A model generated the notes under the pieces. It saw nothing but the letters and a program-made list of their open reading frames with translations, searched no databases and had not been told where the DNA came from. The translations under genes were made by a program, and so were the position numbers. DNA of 64,000 nt from Macrostomum lignano. Lineage: Eukaryota. This document shows positions 24,733-36,728 of the stretch, piece after piece (the stretch's first letter is position 1; the number at the start of each line of letters is the position of its first letter). The DNA lies in assembly GCA_002269645.1 (NCBI GenBank), contig NIVC01001563.1, forward strand, positions 124,001 to 188,000. Direction: 5' to 3'.

Positions 24733-27700
24733 TCAATCCCGCCCGTGGGTGCGCGACTTCGGCAACAGGTGCACCTCCACGGAGCTGCTGGCGCCAGTCT
24801 CAGCAGCCGCCTGCTCTTCCTCCTCCTCCACGTAGTCCAGCGCCTCGTGAAGCTCGTGCCGCTTGCCGTCGTCGCTGCCCACGCCTCCGAGCTCGGAGCC
24901 CCTGTCGGCGCCTCCGTCCCCGTCTGTCTCGTCCATTATGTTGAGTTCGAAGTGCTTCCGGCTGTCTCGGAGCCGGCGCTGCCGCATGGTAACTCGCCGG
25001 AACCGGTGGAACGGCAGCAGGTGCTCCTCGGACTCCTCGGCTCTGGCCAGGCTGTTCAGCTGGTCCAGCGTCGACTGCTGCTTGGCCTCCGACACCAAGC
25101 TAAGCAGGGCGTGCTGGCCGCGGTCTGTGCCCGGTTGCGGCTGCTGCGGCTGCCCCGGGTACGCGCTGGCCTGCCGACTGTACAGCGAAGCGTTGGGGGC
25201 GCCGGTGGCGGCCGCGGCAGCTGCAGCAGCAGCCGCCGATCTCTGCTGTTGCAATAGCAGGTCCAGTTTGGTCTCAACTCGGCTGACGCTCTGCTTCAGG
25301 TGCTCGATCTGCTGCATCTCCTCCTCGTCTGAGTCACTGTCCTCCGTGTAGTATTTCAGCGTCTTTTTGCGGGCCTTCATTTCCACGATTTGCTCCTGTA
25401 AATTTCAAATTTTTTGTTGAATTGAGTTAGGAAAATTTTGTCACGGCTTAAATTGAATCTAGAGGGATGAATTTAACATTTAAATGGATAAACTCGAGGT
25501 ATAATATCCCCCCTTGGCCCGGTCCTTCTAATCGACATAACAAGTCGACAACTTTTTGTGCACGAAGTATAAAATTGGCAAACATGACTGACGACATTTG
25601 TGACGACTTAGTTACTGTTGACCTTGATATAGCAAGATTTGTTGATTTGATGTTTACGGATGGAATCACTACGGAGGCATCCACAAGCCCTCTCTTAAAT
25701 CTTGCATCAACAGATGAGCTCATGGCGATGGTTGTCGATGGCTGTGTACCTGAAGATACTAAGAAGAAAGCTGCTTGGATGATCAAGACGTTCATTGAAT
25801 GGCACAGCCAGAAGAAGAGGCTGGGCGTCTGGTGATCAGCGTGGACTGATGGTGCTCAAGGAGCTGCTGAGATGAGAAAATCGGATCTGAAATCTGTGGC
25901 TGAAGCTCTTGCAGTTTCCCGTCAGGCTAATACGGAATGCTGCACTCGAAAATATTGAATGGCATTCAAAGCGGTCTATTTGAAATTTACGTGTTACGTG
26001 TTACGTTTACTTGACTTGGCTAGTAAGTGTTCCAGCCACTAGGATTCCAGCTCTCTCAAAGATCAACCTGACCTCAAAAAGTTGAAAGATCTTTTGCCAG
26101 CTCACCCTGAAGTCCTCCTCCGAGTTGATGTTGAAGACTGTCTTAATCAAGCCCGCGCACAGCACCGAATACCATTCGTGGATGTGGCGCTGGGTGTACA
26201 CTCGGAAATAATGATCCTTCTTGTGCTGCAAGTGGCGGAAGAAGCTCAGCACTAGCAGGATGGCGATAAACACCAGCATGACGGTCAGTAGAGGCAGCAG
26301 GAAGGCGCTGAACGCGAACAGCAGAACTAGCTGCAAAATATTTGCCTCATCTCGCTCCCTCCACCACTTGATGAATTTGCGCCGGAACTCGTACAGCCTG
26401 GACAGGATGGAGATCGACAGGTCGGCCTGTAAAGCCAGCCGCTTCAGCTGGGCTCGCCGCTGAATCTGCGAGATGTCGTCGACGGCCAAGCCTACTAGCA
26501 GGTTCATCGTCACGATGCCGATGATCACGATGAACAATATGAACACGGCTCGCGACAGGGCGTCGTACGCCACCAGAGTGGACGAGGAGTTCTGATCTTC
26601 CAGGAAGATTTCTTCGAATGTCAGTTCGCCTGTGCCCATCACGAAGACCTACGAGAATTGATGAAGGTTTCTGGTCAGCTGTGGAATTCTTCCTGGATCG
26701 TGGGAAAAAACTTAAATGGTTTTATGACGGCTTGAAAACTTAAAACTCTTGAAGCTTCGCGTCATCTTGAATGAATTGTTACACCGCTTCACGACCATAG
26801 ACAATTGAATTGCGCGTAGAAGGGTGCTACACTTGATTTTCTTAGAAACTTTATTTTGTCTGGCGAAACTACGAGTACATTCAGCTCCGTGCGTTCTCAA
26901 TAGCCATAATACATGTTCCTTACCGGCATTCAGCTAATTTCTAAGAAAGTCCTATGTATAGTGTCCTAATACTGAGGGTTTCATATATCCGACAAGCCTA
27001 ACCCTAGCCATAAAACTAACGGAAATGGTGTTTTTGGGGATATGAGAGTGCTCCCTTCTACTGCACTTGTCCGTGTTCACAACGCCAACGCTTCATAAGC
27101 CATTCCTTTAAGGCATTTTGAAAGTAGTTGCTTTTTAATTATATAGAATGTGGGAGAGAATTTAGGAATTGGTTAGGGTTTAGGGTCTGTTGTCTATTTG
27201 TCGGCAGTGTAAAACACTCTGAATTCATAGTGGGACAGGCAGATGTCGTGGAGATTTAAACCTTTGGGTTTTTGAACCCCCGTCACATAACAAACCCACT
27301 ACGAGTCGCTCATCAGCAACTCCGCAACAGTTTGAACTGCGCTCGTACGCTCGTACCTTTAAGCAGGCGTCCCAATAGTTGCTGAAGCGCAGCTGATTGC
27401 CCATCAGGATGTGGAACTGGGCAGCAAACGCGAACACCAGCACGCTGAATAGAAAGAGGAACTTGACGGAGTTCTGCAGAATCACCAGGAACATGACTAT
27501 GTAGACGCCGAACACTGGGAACTTGCGGAAATAGAGGAACACATTGAACCAGGTGAAGAACAGAACCACAGCGGCCAGCTGCCACTGCGAATCTGAGTAG
27601 TACTGGCAGCCTGCCGAGTGCTCGTGCGAGTGCAGCAGCACCAGAATGGACACGAACACGAACAGGTCGATCATGTTGCCCAACCCGAAGTAGTCCAGCT

Positions 27701-30700
27701 TGCGCACCACCAGCTGCAGCATCTCCTTGATTAAGAAGAAGATTACGAAACCTTTCAGGTAGCCGACGACACCGACTGTCCAGAATCGGTTCTGCTTGTA
27801 CCTGTGGGAGTTGCAGGTTTTCACCATGTGAGCATCTTAAAAATGTATTAAAAATTGCCGACAAAGTGTCTTGAGTAGAGAAGAATATAGTTCATTTATT
27901 GGTTAGATGTATGTACTTAACGATTACGTAATGAATGTTCCGGTAATTTTGTATTTATGGAGGCCACAATGGACGTAAATTAGTAGAGGTAAATTTACTA
28001 TGCCTAAAATTTTCTGAACACTACTCATCAGTAGAAACAGCGAAATATTGCATGTTTCAAATTACTAATAATGAACTTTTATTTGATGCTTTACTTATAG
28101 TACAAATATATGAAAAATACGTCAAATAATCAACAAAGAAAATGTACTAAATACTCTGTTAGTAGTAAATTATAAGCATTATCCATTCTGACATTTTAGA
28201 TTGCTAAAATGTTTTAAAAACTTGTCTTAGATAGTCGAATATAGTGATTTCGATTGAATATTGACAACTTGAGTACATGTAGATAGTCAGAGATTTGAAG
28301 ATTAAAGCCTATGAACATGCCGTATCTAAATATTCATTTAGAAACAGCACATATGGATGGAAATGGAGTCACAAAGGAGTTAAAAAACTGAGGAGAAGTT
28401 GCAGGTAGGAGGTAGTGAGTATTGAGTACTGCAGCCTGGACCAGGACTCACCACGTCATGTCGTGCACGGTCATATTCGACCCGCTCTCAAGACACTTCT
28501 TGTACTCGCTTGCGTCGTTCTGCTCTTTGATCATGGACACGTTGATGAGGTGCCCGGTAAACAGGATGTTGAAGGCGAAGTAGGTGAGGAACAGCAGCAG
28601 GTAGAGGAAGAACACCGCCGGGAAGACGCGATGAATGTACCGGTACACCAGCGGGTGCATCAGCATGCTGGTCAGATTGCGCCGCACCAACGTGAGAATC
28701 GGGTGCGGGACGCCCTCCTTTCGGGGCTGCTTCAGCTCGGCGTCGAAGAATTTATAGTTGAGCACGATCTTCTCAAACTGGCTGTTGCTGTCCTCGTCTT
28801 GGGTGGTCTTCTTCACCTGGACGAATCTGGTGAAAGTGTGAGGCAGTTAATGAAGCGACTGGATAACGAATGCCGCAAGTCCCCGTTTGTATCAGGACTC
28901 AACGCTCGTGTTTTATTAAAAATCTACGAGTATTTGAAGGCCCAATAATGAGTTGCTTTGGCAATAGACTAAATGAACAATCAGTTGGTTTAGCCATAGA
29001 CTAGATGAATAATGAGCTGGTTTGGCCATAGACTAGATGAATAATGAGTTGGTCTGACCATAGACTAGATGAATAATGAGCTGGTTTGGCCATAGACTAT
29101 ATGAATAATGAGTTGATTTGGCCATAAACTAGATGAATAATTAGTTGCTTTGGCCATTGACTAGATGAATAATGAGCTGGTTTGGCCATGGACTAGATGA
29201 ATGATGAGTTGGTCTGACCATAGACTACATGAATAATGAGTTGCTTTGGCCATAGACTACATGAATACCCTGTTGGTAGACTGCAGAGGCTTGAACTAAC
29301 GAGAGGGAGAAGAAGCTTCGTTATCTTCTATCTGAGCTTCGTTCAAAGCACCATCAAAACGGCGAAGATCGAAGAATTGCCGGAGCTGTCTTAAAAAACT
29401 CAGGGGCAACTCAGGGCCTGGTTGTTAGCGAAGTGTTTCATCAGCCTGTTTGCACTAAACACGTTAAATTTTAAGTCGCTTTTTACCCAAAAACGAGTTG
29501 TCTATGGTTCAAACATCGATTGAGGCAAAAATAATGGCCGAATATTTTTGTCATTACGCCAGGATGTGCCTTATATCGCATCGCAAATGCGGTTTAATCC
29601 CAGAAAAGACTTGGTACTAGATAAATACGACTATAGTAAAATAGATTACAGGGGCTAATGAGAGAAAGAGGTAGAATTATATCAGGAGCATTTTCCTAAA
29701 TTTGATCAATAAACTGATGAAGCCACCTGGGACTAAGCACATTGAACAATGGAATCTTTGATTCCTCACCTGTCCATCACCGCCATGACCAGTTCGGGCT
29801 CGTTATCAAACAGAGCGCAAGGATTGGCCCTGTCCATGTAGTACTCCTCCCAGTGCGGCTGCGTCATTGTGGCCCTGACAATGTCATTGTCCTTCATCTT
29901 CCACAGGTTCTGAATGTAAGTGCACTTGGCTCCGCGCGACAGCAGCACCTTGGCTGTGCGGATGTCGCCAGTGATGACCGGATAGTCAAGCGGCCGGCGC
30001 TCGTTGCCGCCCTCCATGTAGACGAGGTCGGGCTTGTTCAGCCTGGTCAGGTAGAAGCCCAGGTCGCGCTGGAAGGCGTAGTCCTGTGACACCTGGTGCA
30101 CGACGACAGGCGACCGGAACACCGTCAGGTTCTCGTTCCAGTAGCGAATTCTGGCCCGGTGTTGGGCGAAGTCCGCCTTGGACTCCAGCCGCATCGGCTT
30201 GCCAAGCCGGCGCAGGTCGAACGCGGTGCCCTCGACCATCTCGGTCCAGACCTCGCGAACCGTTGGCAGCACAACGCGGTGCCACAGGTTGACAAACTCG
30301 GCGTCATCGTGCCGCTCCATGCCAGTCGGGAGCAGGTCCTTGTCACCCGGCAGCCGCAGGTACTCGTTCAGCTTGGCGATGTCTGGCTGGACGCCTTGCG
30401 CCTCGCACTCGGCTAGAAACTTCTGCGCCACCTCCAGCCGGTGGTAGATGCAGCTGACGAAGATCTCGTAGATGTCGTCGAACTCTATGAGGGTGGCCGT
30501 GGACTCCTTGCTGCGCATTGACAGGCAGAGGTGCAGGGCGTAGCCGCGCTCGATCTCGTCCAGAACGCCAGTGTCGTCCGAGGCGAATCGCAGCTGATTC
30601 TTAAACTTTGTGAACGGAACCTCGTGCCGCACCAGGTAGTACTTCATGGTGTAGTACTGCAGGTACCTGAGAATCACCTGCCGGATCATGCCTTTGCTGC

Positions 30701-31283
30701 TGAGCAGAGAGGCCAGCTGCAGCGGCGAGGCGCCGCCCAGATGGAACTGATTGTCCACAATCATCTCCCGCAGCGGCCAGTCAAGGAAGTCCAGCATGCC
30801 GGCCGTGCAGAACGACTGGCCGATCGGCTGCGGGGCCAACAGCAGGCGGCGCACCCTGGCGTAGTACAAGTCTGGCGAGGCGAGCTCGCGCACGCACAGG
30901 TAGCTGTCCAGCAGGACGCCCAGGTGAAGGGCAACGCCGCCGGCCATGGCCACGTCCGGCTTGGTGGCCTCGCTGGCTTTGTTGATCCAGGCGCGAAACG
31001 TGGTGAACGGCTGCACGGGGTTGGCCCCAGCCCGCAGCAGATCGCGAATTATCTCCGCGTTGGTGACCGCCGTAGCCACGTGCAGCGGAGTGGCGTCGTC
31101 CAACTCGATGGTGTGCGTGTTCGACTCCTCCTCGATGTTCACCTTCTGCTGGAACTTCACCCTGGAGCGGCACTCGTTGGCCAGCTCTGGCCGGTCCTTC
31201 AGCAGCGCCCGGACCATGTCGTTGTCAAACTGGCAGATGCTGTGGTACAGCTCCTGGGCCGACCTGTCCCCCAGGGGCAGCAT
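24733..31283 (-). CDS. Ankyrin-repeat TRP cation channel, TRPA-like (painless/pyrexia/water witch type), ~1190 aa
   Basis: Exons 31283-29770, 28826-28452, 27801-27357, 26648-26073, 25395-24733; all GT-AG and frame-consistent. Ankyrin motif ATPLHVATAVTNAEIIRDLLRAGA, six TM segments, pore YWDACLK|VFVMGTGEL, S6/TRP-like MNLLVGLAVDDISQIQRRAQLKRL. Start codon inferred: the candidate upstream exon ending at 31500 has an in-frame stop. Confidence 0.88.
25467..25985 (+). mobile_element. Decayed Crypton/DUF3504-like tyrosine-recombinase element, N-terminal part, inside TRP intron 4
   Basis: ORF motif VPEDTKKKAAWMIKTFIEW, then frameshifted pieces EMRKSDL / NLWLKL / RQANTEC / ILNGIQSGL that resemble the Crypton-A/ZMYM/KCTD1-type core-binding region. 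Recognised by eye only. Confidence 0.55.
28945..29270. repeat. Intronic minisatellite, 32-bp unit (CCATAGACTAGATGAATAATGAGCTGGTTTGG), ~10 copies, TRP intron 1
   Basis: Read directly. Confidence 0.93.
29310..29600 (+). mobile_element. Possible relic of a piggyBac-type transposase C-terminal cysteine-rich domain
   Basis: Broken frames give KRRRSKNCRSCLKK...HQPVCTKH, followed by GCGGTTTAA at ~29588-29598. Confidence 0.3.
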
Positions 31284-32219
31284 CTCGAACAAGATGAGCT
31301 CCACCGCCGGCACTGTGCGGTTGGGTGCAGGGAATAATATTAGTGAAATTTTCAGCCGGCCGTAAAAGAGGGGATTCCCCCTGACAGTGTTTTTACTGCG
31401 CCAGAGCCTTTTGTTGCACGCCATCTCAAACAAGAATCAAGTCGCCAGCCCTTCAGACCGTCAAGATATTCACCGATTCATTCAGTCATCCGGTGTCACC
31501 TGCTGAAGGGACCCGACGCCGTCAAAATGATGACTGAATTTGAGTATCCCTAGCAGTTGAGGCTCGCCACAAAGTCGAGGTTCGATCCGAAAAAAATTGA
31601 CGTAGCTACCCGTACATGTACAACAGGGTCTCCATAGTCACCATACATACATAGAAATCATTAAATAATCGAGGCTCACCACTGCATTCGGAAGACATCG
31701 GGTGTTGGTGTAAATAGCCAAGTATTGCTAGGAACCCATTCTAGATATGGATCCAAATATTATATCAGTAGCATGTAAGTCTTTGATATGTGCCCTAGCA
31801 GTCTGTGCAGTTTGGGATTTAGCCACGCGCTAATACATGCAATCGCTTATATTCCTCACACTCACTCACCAGCCAGCGCCCTCGACAAGTCAACAAAGGG
31901 ATCGGACTCGTCCGGCTCCATAGCTGTCTCAGACACCGCTCTGGCTTGACTGTCTGACTGTCCTGCGCGCCGCTCGGCCGAGTGCATGCTGTCTCAAGGG
32001 AGGGGGCCCGGCCTGTGAACTCGGAGAGCTGACCTCACCTTGCGGGCGGGCGGTCACAGTTATTCTCACTGGGGAATGGAGGCCGTTCTTATCAGAAACT
32101 TCTTATCGCTGTTGTTCGCAATGCAGGCTCGAATTCTGCGAGCCAGTTTCGTCCGGTGAGACAGGCAGAGAGGTAGGCAGGTAATGAGAAACTTATTGAA
32201 AGGATAGAGGGAGACAGCG

Positions 32220-33190
32220 AGAGGGAGAGTAAGGAGAGTAGGGAGGGTAGGAAGGGAGGGAGAGTGGGGAGTGAGGGGAGAGTAAGGGATGAGTGAGAGT
32301 GGGGAGTGAGGGAGAGTGGGGAGTGAGGGAGAGTAGGGAGTGAGAGATAGTGGGGGCGTAAGGTAGAGTAGGGATTGAGGGAGAGTAGGGAGTGAGGGAG
32401 AGTAGGGAGTGAGGGAGAGTGGGGAGTGAGGGAGAGTAGTGAGTGAGAGAGAGTGGGGAGTGAGGGAGAGTAGTGAGTGAGAGAGAGTGGGGAGTGAGGG
32501 AGAGTAGTGAGTGAGAGAGAGTGGGGAGTGAGGGAGAGTAGTGAGTGAGAGAGAGTGGGGAGTGAGGGAGAGTAGTGAGTGAGAGAGAGTGGGGAGTGAG
32601 GGAGAGTAGTGAGTGAGAGAGAGTGGGGAGTGAGGGAGAGTGGGGAGTGAGGGAGAGTGGGGAGTGAGGGAGAGTAGTGAGTGAGAGAGAGTGGGGAGTG
32701 AGGGAGAGTGGGGAGTGAGAGAGAGTGGGGAGTGAGGGAGAGTAGTGAGTGAGAGAGAGTGGGGAGTGAGGGAGAGTGGGGAGTGAGGGAGAGTGGGGAG
32801 TGAGGGAGAGTAGTGAGTGAGAGAGAGTGGGGATTGAGGGAGAGTAGTGAGTGAGAGAGAGTGGGGATTGAGGGAGAGTAGTGAGTGAGAGAGAGTGGGG
32901 AGTGAGGGAGAGTAGTGAGTGAGAGAGAGTGGGGAGTGAGGGAGAGTGGGGAGTGAGGGAGAGTGGGGAGTGAGGGAGAGTAGTGAGTGAGAGAGAGTGG
33001 GGATTGAGGGAGAGTAGTGAGTGAGAGAGAGTGGGGAGTGAGGGAGAGTAGTGAGTGAGAGAGAGTGGGGAGTGAGGGAGAGTGGGGAGTGAGGGAGAGT
33101 GGGGAGTGAGGGAGAGTAGTGAGTGAGAGAGAGTGGGGATTGAGGGAGAGTAGTGAGTGAGAGAGAGTGGGGAGTGAGGGAGAGTAGTGA
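32220..33190. repeat. Purine-rich minisatellite, 17-bp halves (GGGGAGTGAGGGAGAGT / AGTGAGTGAGAGAGAGT) forming 34-bp units
   Basis: Read directly; the plus strand is almost C-free. Explains ORFs 32066-33299. Confidence 0.95.
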
Positions 33191-33390
33191 GAACAGGCTG
33201 AAAGAGGAAAAGGGAGGCAAAAGACAAGCGTCTTTGAGAATCAAAGGAAAAACAGCAAGTTAAAGAGACGTAATTTCCTGTCCACCAAACGGACTCCAAA
33301 TCATTTTATTCTTTCAATATAAAAAATATATTTAATTTTCAGTAGACTACTGTTCAGTGAGAAGAGTAGTATTCAAAGGTCAGATAAAAA

Positions 33391-35197
33391 TTAACAGGCC
33401 GAGCCAAGCGGCTCAAACAGGATTTCATGGGGCGGCAGCGAGCGCAGCAGGGCGCCGCTGAAGTTGGCCTGCCGGTCCATCAGGTCGGCCAGGCCGCGCC
33501 GGGCCCCGGAGGACTCCAGGCGGAAGCTGAACCGCTGCATGATGGCGGAGAAGAACACGAATAGCTCAGTACGGGCGAGGCCCTCGCCCAGGCAGGAGCG
33601 CCGGCCGGAGCCGAACGAGGCCAGGGTGGCGCAGGGCTCAAAGCGGCCGTCCAGTCCGAGGTGCCGCTCCGGTCGAAAGGCGTCCGGCTCGGGGAACAGG
33701 TCGGGGTCGCGGTGGATGGCGTACGCGTTGAACATGACCAGGGAGTCGCGGGGCAGGCGGTACTCGCCGATGCTGATGTCGTCCAGGAGGCGGTGCGCCA
33801 GGCCGAGGGGCACCAGACTGGCGATCCTGCGGAGTGCCGGAGATGGGTAGGGAGGTGAGGAGGAGGCTGTACTGATCAGCTTCATTCTGATGCGGAACTG
33901 TTCCCAAGGAAAAGTACAGGACTGATTTGACCTCAACCTCACCAACCTGTGCACCTCCTCCAGCGTGGCCTGCGTGTAATTCAACACCTTGCGGTCTTGC
34001 AGCCCCGGCAGCCGGTGGTCGCCGATCTCTCGGCGAATCTCTTCGCGGACAAGCCGCGCCGCCTCCGGCTGCCGCAGCATCAGCAGCAGCGCCCAGCGCA
34101 GCGTGTTCGACGTAGTGTCGGTGCCGGCGATGAACAGATCGGCGACGGCCAGCGACAGTCGGGTGTCGTTGAACACGCCGGAGTCCGGTGCCGCCTGCCG
34201 GATCATGTGCGCCTCGATGAAGTCGCGCGGCTCTGCCGCCATGTGGGCGGCGTGGGCGACCCGCTGGCGCTCGCAGAAGCGCATCAGCTGGGTGAAGCTG
34301 CCCACCACCTGGCGCGAGGCCGGGGTGGAGCTGAGCAGCCGCACTAGCGGGCTGCACCAGCCAATCAGCGGGTCCAGCGCCATGAAGATGTAGTTGTGCA
34401 CATTCGACTCCTCGTTCTGCGTCAATCGGCTGAAATGCTCCAACAGTTCGGCGAACTGCGGCTCCTCGGAGGCCAGGCGGCTGCCGAACACCAGCTGGCA
34501 GATGACATTGGCCGAGGCTGTGCTGAGCGGCAGGGCCGTGTCCACCGGCTTGCCGGATGACAGGGCGGCCAGCAGCTGGACCGCCTCTTCCTGGGTGATC
34601 GTCGGGATAAAGTGGGAAGGGGTGAGCAATGCTCATCTGAGACACTTAGCCCTGCTCATCTGAGACTGTTAGCCATGACCATCTGAGACACTTAGCCATG
34701 CCCATCTGAGACACTTATCCATGCCCATCTGAGACACTTAGCCCTGCTGCCCTGACCTGCACGATCTCCTCAACGCCCCGCCTGCCCAGCCCCAGGTCTC
34801 GCAGGGTCTGCAGCGTGAACCGTCGATAGTCGCGCCAAATTTTGCCGTCGCTGGCCACGATGCCGCCGTAGTCGCCGAACAGCACGGAGGTGATGTGCTG
34901 AGTCGGCCGGCCAGTCAGCGACTCGGCATTGTCCAGCATGGCCGCTTTGAACTCGGCCCACCTGCTGAGCACGTACACCCGCTGGGTGCCGAAGTGCATC
35001 AGCAGCACTCCGCAGTTGGGGAATCTCTCGTACAGGTAGTGAAACCAAGGCTCTCGCAGGTGGAACATCGAACCGATCAGTGGATAGCCGCCGGGGCCTG
35101 GAGGCTCAAGGCCGGACACGCGCCGGCCGCGCCGGACAAAGAAGAAGAAGAGGCAGGCCAAGGCCGCTGCCACTGCTATGCCTGCAGCTGAAAGCAT
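33391..35197 (-). CDS. Cytochrome P450, CYP2 clan, ~506 aa
   Basis: Exons 35197-34757, 34590-33947, 33826-33391. N-terminal anchor plus PPGPGGYPLIG, WRDYRRF, I-helix AGTDTT, K-helix EVHR, FRPERH, heme motif FGSGRRSCLG. Confidence 0.95.
34634..34748. repeat. Five copies of a 23-bp unit (CATCTGAGACACTTAGCCATGCC) in CYP intron 1
   Basis: Read directly; begins ~8 nt inside the donor site. Confidence 0.9.
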
Positions 35198-35557
35198 TAG
35201 AGTGCTTGGCTTGACTGACTTGCAATTTTAGTTTCTTTCAATAACAGTTGGCATTGAATGCGTATTTGAGGCAGTGTAGCATTTGATCTTTATCTGTCAC
35301 TTCTCTATCTCCTCTGCTTCGCGAGCCATTTTGGATGCAACAAAACCGCCCCCTCCACTCTGTACAATTCCAAAGGTTGCTTCCAGACTAATAAGGCGAG
35401 ATAAGATACGCCGACTGCGCTGCCAGATTTCGGTTGTGTTCGAACTCGAACTTTCGAACTTACATGTAAGTTCAGTACGAAACCGAGTACTTTTGATAAC
35501 AACTTCTGACGGTTCGAAAACGATAATACGAATACAATAAAACAGCTATAAAAATGC

Positions 35558-36728
35558 TACGGCAGCCATGGACAACTGCGGTAGAAGTTGTCTATGGCGA
35601 AAACCCCATTCGCCATACTATATAGATATGTCTATGCTCGGGCTGCCGCACAGCCCTTGTATTTGTGCCATTTCGTTTCTAGGAAGCATAGACATATTTC
35701 TATTGTGTCATACTTCGCGGGCCGCATCACTTCATTTCGGCCCGCTCCTAGATGCAGGGCTAAGCAAAGTATGCAGTTTTCGATATACCATCTTTACCAT
35801 AGACTATAATCCCGGGCCGAATCGTTGTTTCTGCCCGCAGCGGGGCTGAGTGCAAAAACAGGGGTGGGGGGCTTCGCCCCCACATTTTAACCATAGATAA
35901 AATCAACCAGAGTCTGACTACAGTTAAGTAGTGGATATCAGAATATAAATTAATTCTTTTCATTCTGAATTTAACTTCGTTTTTTGTCAACCTGCTAAGC
36001 TAGAGAAAAATGATCAATCTGTCAAGAATTGCGACTGGAGATATCTCCGGACTTGACACTCTATGGATGAAATCAAGGCTGTAACAGGTCAGTGTTCAGT
36101 TGTTTTTGTAGTGTGCTAAGTTATAGATTATAGCATCACTCAAAAGAAACCGATTTTTGTAGGTCATCGCCGCGATGAATCCGTCAATCGATACACCAAG
36201 CGCATCTCTGAGAAGAGAAAGATCCAGGTTTCTCGCAGTCTCACGAAAGCATTGCACTCAGAGTCGAAGATGTCAAAGGTGGCTTCAATGGGGCACCGCC
36301 GACGGAGTACAATGAGCCTGGCCCGTCGCGCAACCCAATAGCTACTCTGGAGAAGGATGGAGCTAAAATTAGCTTCTTCTTGTAAAAAGGCAAGCGGTGA
36401 ATGGAAGCAAGATGTGAACCTGTAACCGGCAATGAATTTTGCTAGCAATGATATGACAATTACATTTAATGGTTATTTTTTACAACTTCTAAGTATACGT
36501 TAATTACGAGTCCATATGTTATACTCAATCGTTCTGGCAAAAGTTTGGCCATAGACTAGCCTCACATATCTTCATTTCGGCCCGCGATGTAGCCTGCGAA
36601 ATCTAGACACAATACGTCGTAAATGCCACTGGCGATGTGATAAATATGCCTTCCTTTAGCGGCTCCCAGCTCGTTTCCAAGAAAATCTAGTGTAGCGTTC
36701 CTCTACCGCAGTTGTCCATGATGGCATA
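35558..36728 (+). mobile_element. Non-autonomous element with inverted ends carrying an intron-split tyrosine-recombinase (Crypton-like) C-terminal remnant
   Basis: CATGGACAACTGCGGTAGA (35567-35585) is inverted at 36702-36720. Splicing the 75-bp GT-AG intron 36088-36162 gives SMDEIKAVTG|HRRDESVNRYTKRISEKRKIQVSRSL, matching the GH...Y catalytic end of Crypton/DUF3504 recombinases. Confidence 0.6.

Noticed and set aside
29742-31365. Antisense or alternate-frame ORFs over GC-rich exons (also 10175-10799, 24745-25351, 33464-34663, 58755-59775, 60954-62201)
   Set aside because: Shadow ORFs expected from high GC3 codon usage of the real genes.
36543-36559. 17-mer GTTTGGCCATAGACTAG shared with the TRP intron 1 array (29020)
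   Set aside because: A single 17-mer match within 64 kb is not improbable enough (rough expectation ~0.2) to claim the array derives from the element.
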